Shown here: positions 63,236-64,000 of the stretch, piece by piece | Layout of the letters: each line of letters starts with the position of its first letter | How positions within the stretch are numbered: position 1 is the first letter of the stretch | IMG/VR virus record: IMGVR_UViG_3300018080_000120 | Length of the DNA: 64,000 nucleotides | Strand: one strand, 5' to 3' | DNA from: a virus | Lineage: Duplodnaviria; Heunggongvirae; Uroviricota; Caudoviricetes | Notes under the pieces: generated by a model | Seen by the model: only the letters and a program-made list of their open reading frames with translations | The model's database searches: none | Told to the model about the DNA's origin: nothing | Program-made: the position numbers and the translations under genes

Positions 63236-64000
63236 ACCAGAACTTTCAGCGGAAGAAGTGAGATATTGGAAACAATCACTGAAAAAATTGCTGAAAGTCG
63301 GCATGGAATTTGAGTTCAATCTGCCAGAGCAAAAGAAAGGTGGATGTAAAGGAGATAACATTGATTGTGTGTGCTTAAATATAAAGAAAGGGTGCTGGGA
63401 AATTTGTCAGAGACTACCAGTTTGTAGAAAGATAAAATCCTATGACACATGTGATAATAAAAAGAAGACATGTACACCTGAAAAATGTGAGTCTTGCAAG
63501 AGTTTCAAGTTCAAATGTTTAGGAACAACATGTGCAGATTTTTGTAGTATGTGTTTCGCATGTGAAGAATTTGCCAAAAACTGCGAAAAATGCCCGAAAA
63601 GATTCGATCCCAACAAAGATCCGCGCCAGATAAGAGAAAATCTGGTCAAATATTTTGAACCAAGTCATAACTATGGACTTGTTAGCCCGTCTGGCGTTGT
63701 TGAAGTCAAAGAGGATGGGTCTTTGAAAGGTGACCGTGGGGCCGAAATCATAACTGTTGGTAGAAGAGTGGACTATTGGGAATTCTACGGCATGGCAAAG
63801 AACATCATTGATAGATTGACCGCTGACGGCGGATATCTAAATGAGAGATGTGGTTCTCATATGCATCTTTTGACCAGTTATTATGGTGAACATGATACTG
63901 GTGGTAGAGGAATGAATGAGATGGAAAAAGACATGCCAGAAATAATACTGGCCAATTTCCATCAGTTGTGTCGAAGATATCAAAATGCCATAACCTGGAT
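63189..64000 (+). CDS. amidoligase-like protein with Cys-rich insert (partial, continues beyond window)
   Basis: VGMEFEFNLPE (E-x-E N-terminal motif of GS-like amidoligases), CGSHMHLL (HxH), long CxxC-rich insert; not in ORF track because no stop in window. Confidence 0.45.
   Translation, partial: MRNNRNKWRFYNPPSKPELSAEEVRYWKQSLKKLLKVGMEFEFNLPEQKKGGCKGDNIDCVCLNIKKGCWEICQRLPVCRKIKSYDTCDNKKKTCTPEKCESCKSFKFKCLGTTCADFCSMCFACEEFAKNCEKCPKRFDPNKDPRQIRENLVKYFEPSHNYGLVSPSGVVEVKEDGSLKGDRGAEIITVGRRVDYWEFYGMAKNIIDRLTADGGYLNERCGSHMHLLTSYYGEHDTGGRGMNEMEKDMPEIILANFHQLCRRYQNAITW

Noticed and set aside
1-64000. CRISPR array, integrase/att sites, IS elements
   Set aside because: There are no regularly spaced identical 28-40 bp repeats with unique spacers. 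No tyrosine or serine recombinase or transposase motifs were recognised. The tandem repeats at 3119-3279 are degenerate and contiguous, not CRISPR-like.

Overview
The window is a 64-kb stretch of an AT-rich (about 38% GC) phage-like genome, most likely a large virulent or jumbo-type phage. Every credible gene lies on the + strand. Genes are tightly packed, many start/stop junctions overlap (ATGA), and most have Shine-Dalgarno sites. No tRNA, rRNA, CRISPR array, integrase or capsid gene was seen.

Content in order:
- 1-4 kb: hypothetical genes, a divergent SSB-like OB-fold protein with a rho-independent terminator, a roughly 160-bp tandem-repeat spacer, and a transglutaminase-like Cys/His/Asp protein.
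- 4.0-5.3 kb: an AT-rich, coding-poor region with CGATCGAT iterons and AAATACCATAA repeats. This is a candidate origin of replication or regulatory locus.
- 5.3-12.9 kb: about 25 small ORFs. Roughly 11 of them are immediately preceded by one conserved GC-rich palindromic element (CCCGCGG-CGAT-CCGCGGG) lying 5-18 nt upstream of the SD. A second interleaved upstream repeat family is present. Genes are duplicated, and one paralog survives only as a remnant. The arrangement resembles PeSL-like promoter/stem-loop cassettes.
- 13-23 kb: small proteins, including many zinc ribbons, a DUSP-like phosphatase, a SpoU/TrmH methyltransferase, an HNH endonuclease, a NADAR (YbiA-like) protein and a DUF4326 protein.
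- 23.9-27.9 kb: a radical-SAM protein, then NadE (NAD synthetase), PncB-like nicotinate phosphoribosyltransferase and a class I methyltransferase.
- About 29.9 kb: a gamma-glutamylcyclotransferase (GGCT/AIG2)-like protein.
- 31.5-34.3 kb: a lipoprotein, an outer-membrane-like protein and tandem paralogs.
- 34.9-36.2 kb: a patatin-like phospholipase translationally coupled to a SLOG/DUF2493 protein.
- 39-45 kb: an RNA-repair set, made of a CCA-adding enzyme with an HD domain, an Rnl2-like RNA ligase and an RtcB ligase.
- 45-50 kb: an SLT transglycosylase, a GS-like amidoligase paralog, a class-I GATase (COG2071), an HD hydrolase and a Nudix hydrolase.
- 53-56.4 kb: a 1099-aa single-chain RNA polymerase. 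It carries both beta motifs (HGNKG...NFGQILE) and beta-prime motifs (RFPCLGF...NLDFDGD).
- 56.4-60 kb: a canonical SSB ending DDIPF, a terminator, a metallophosphoesterase and an SF2 DEAH helicase.
- 62-64 kb: two more amidoligase-like paralogs.

All functional calls are based on motif recognition by eye. None has been confirmed by database search.
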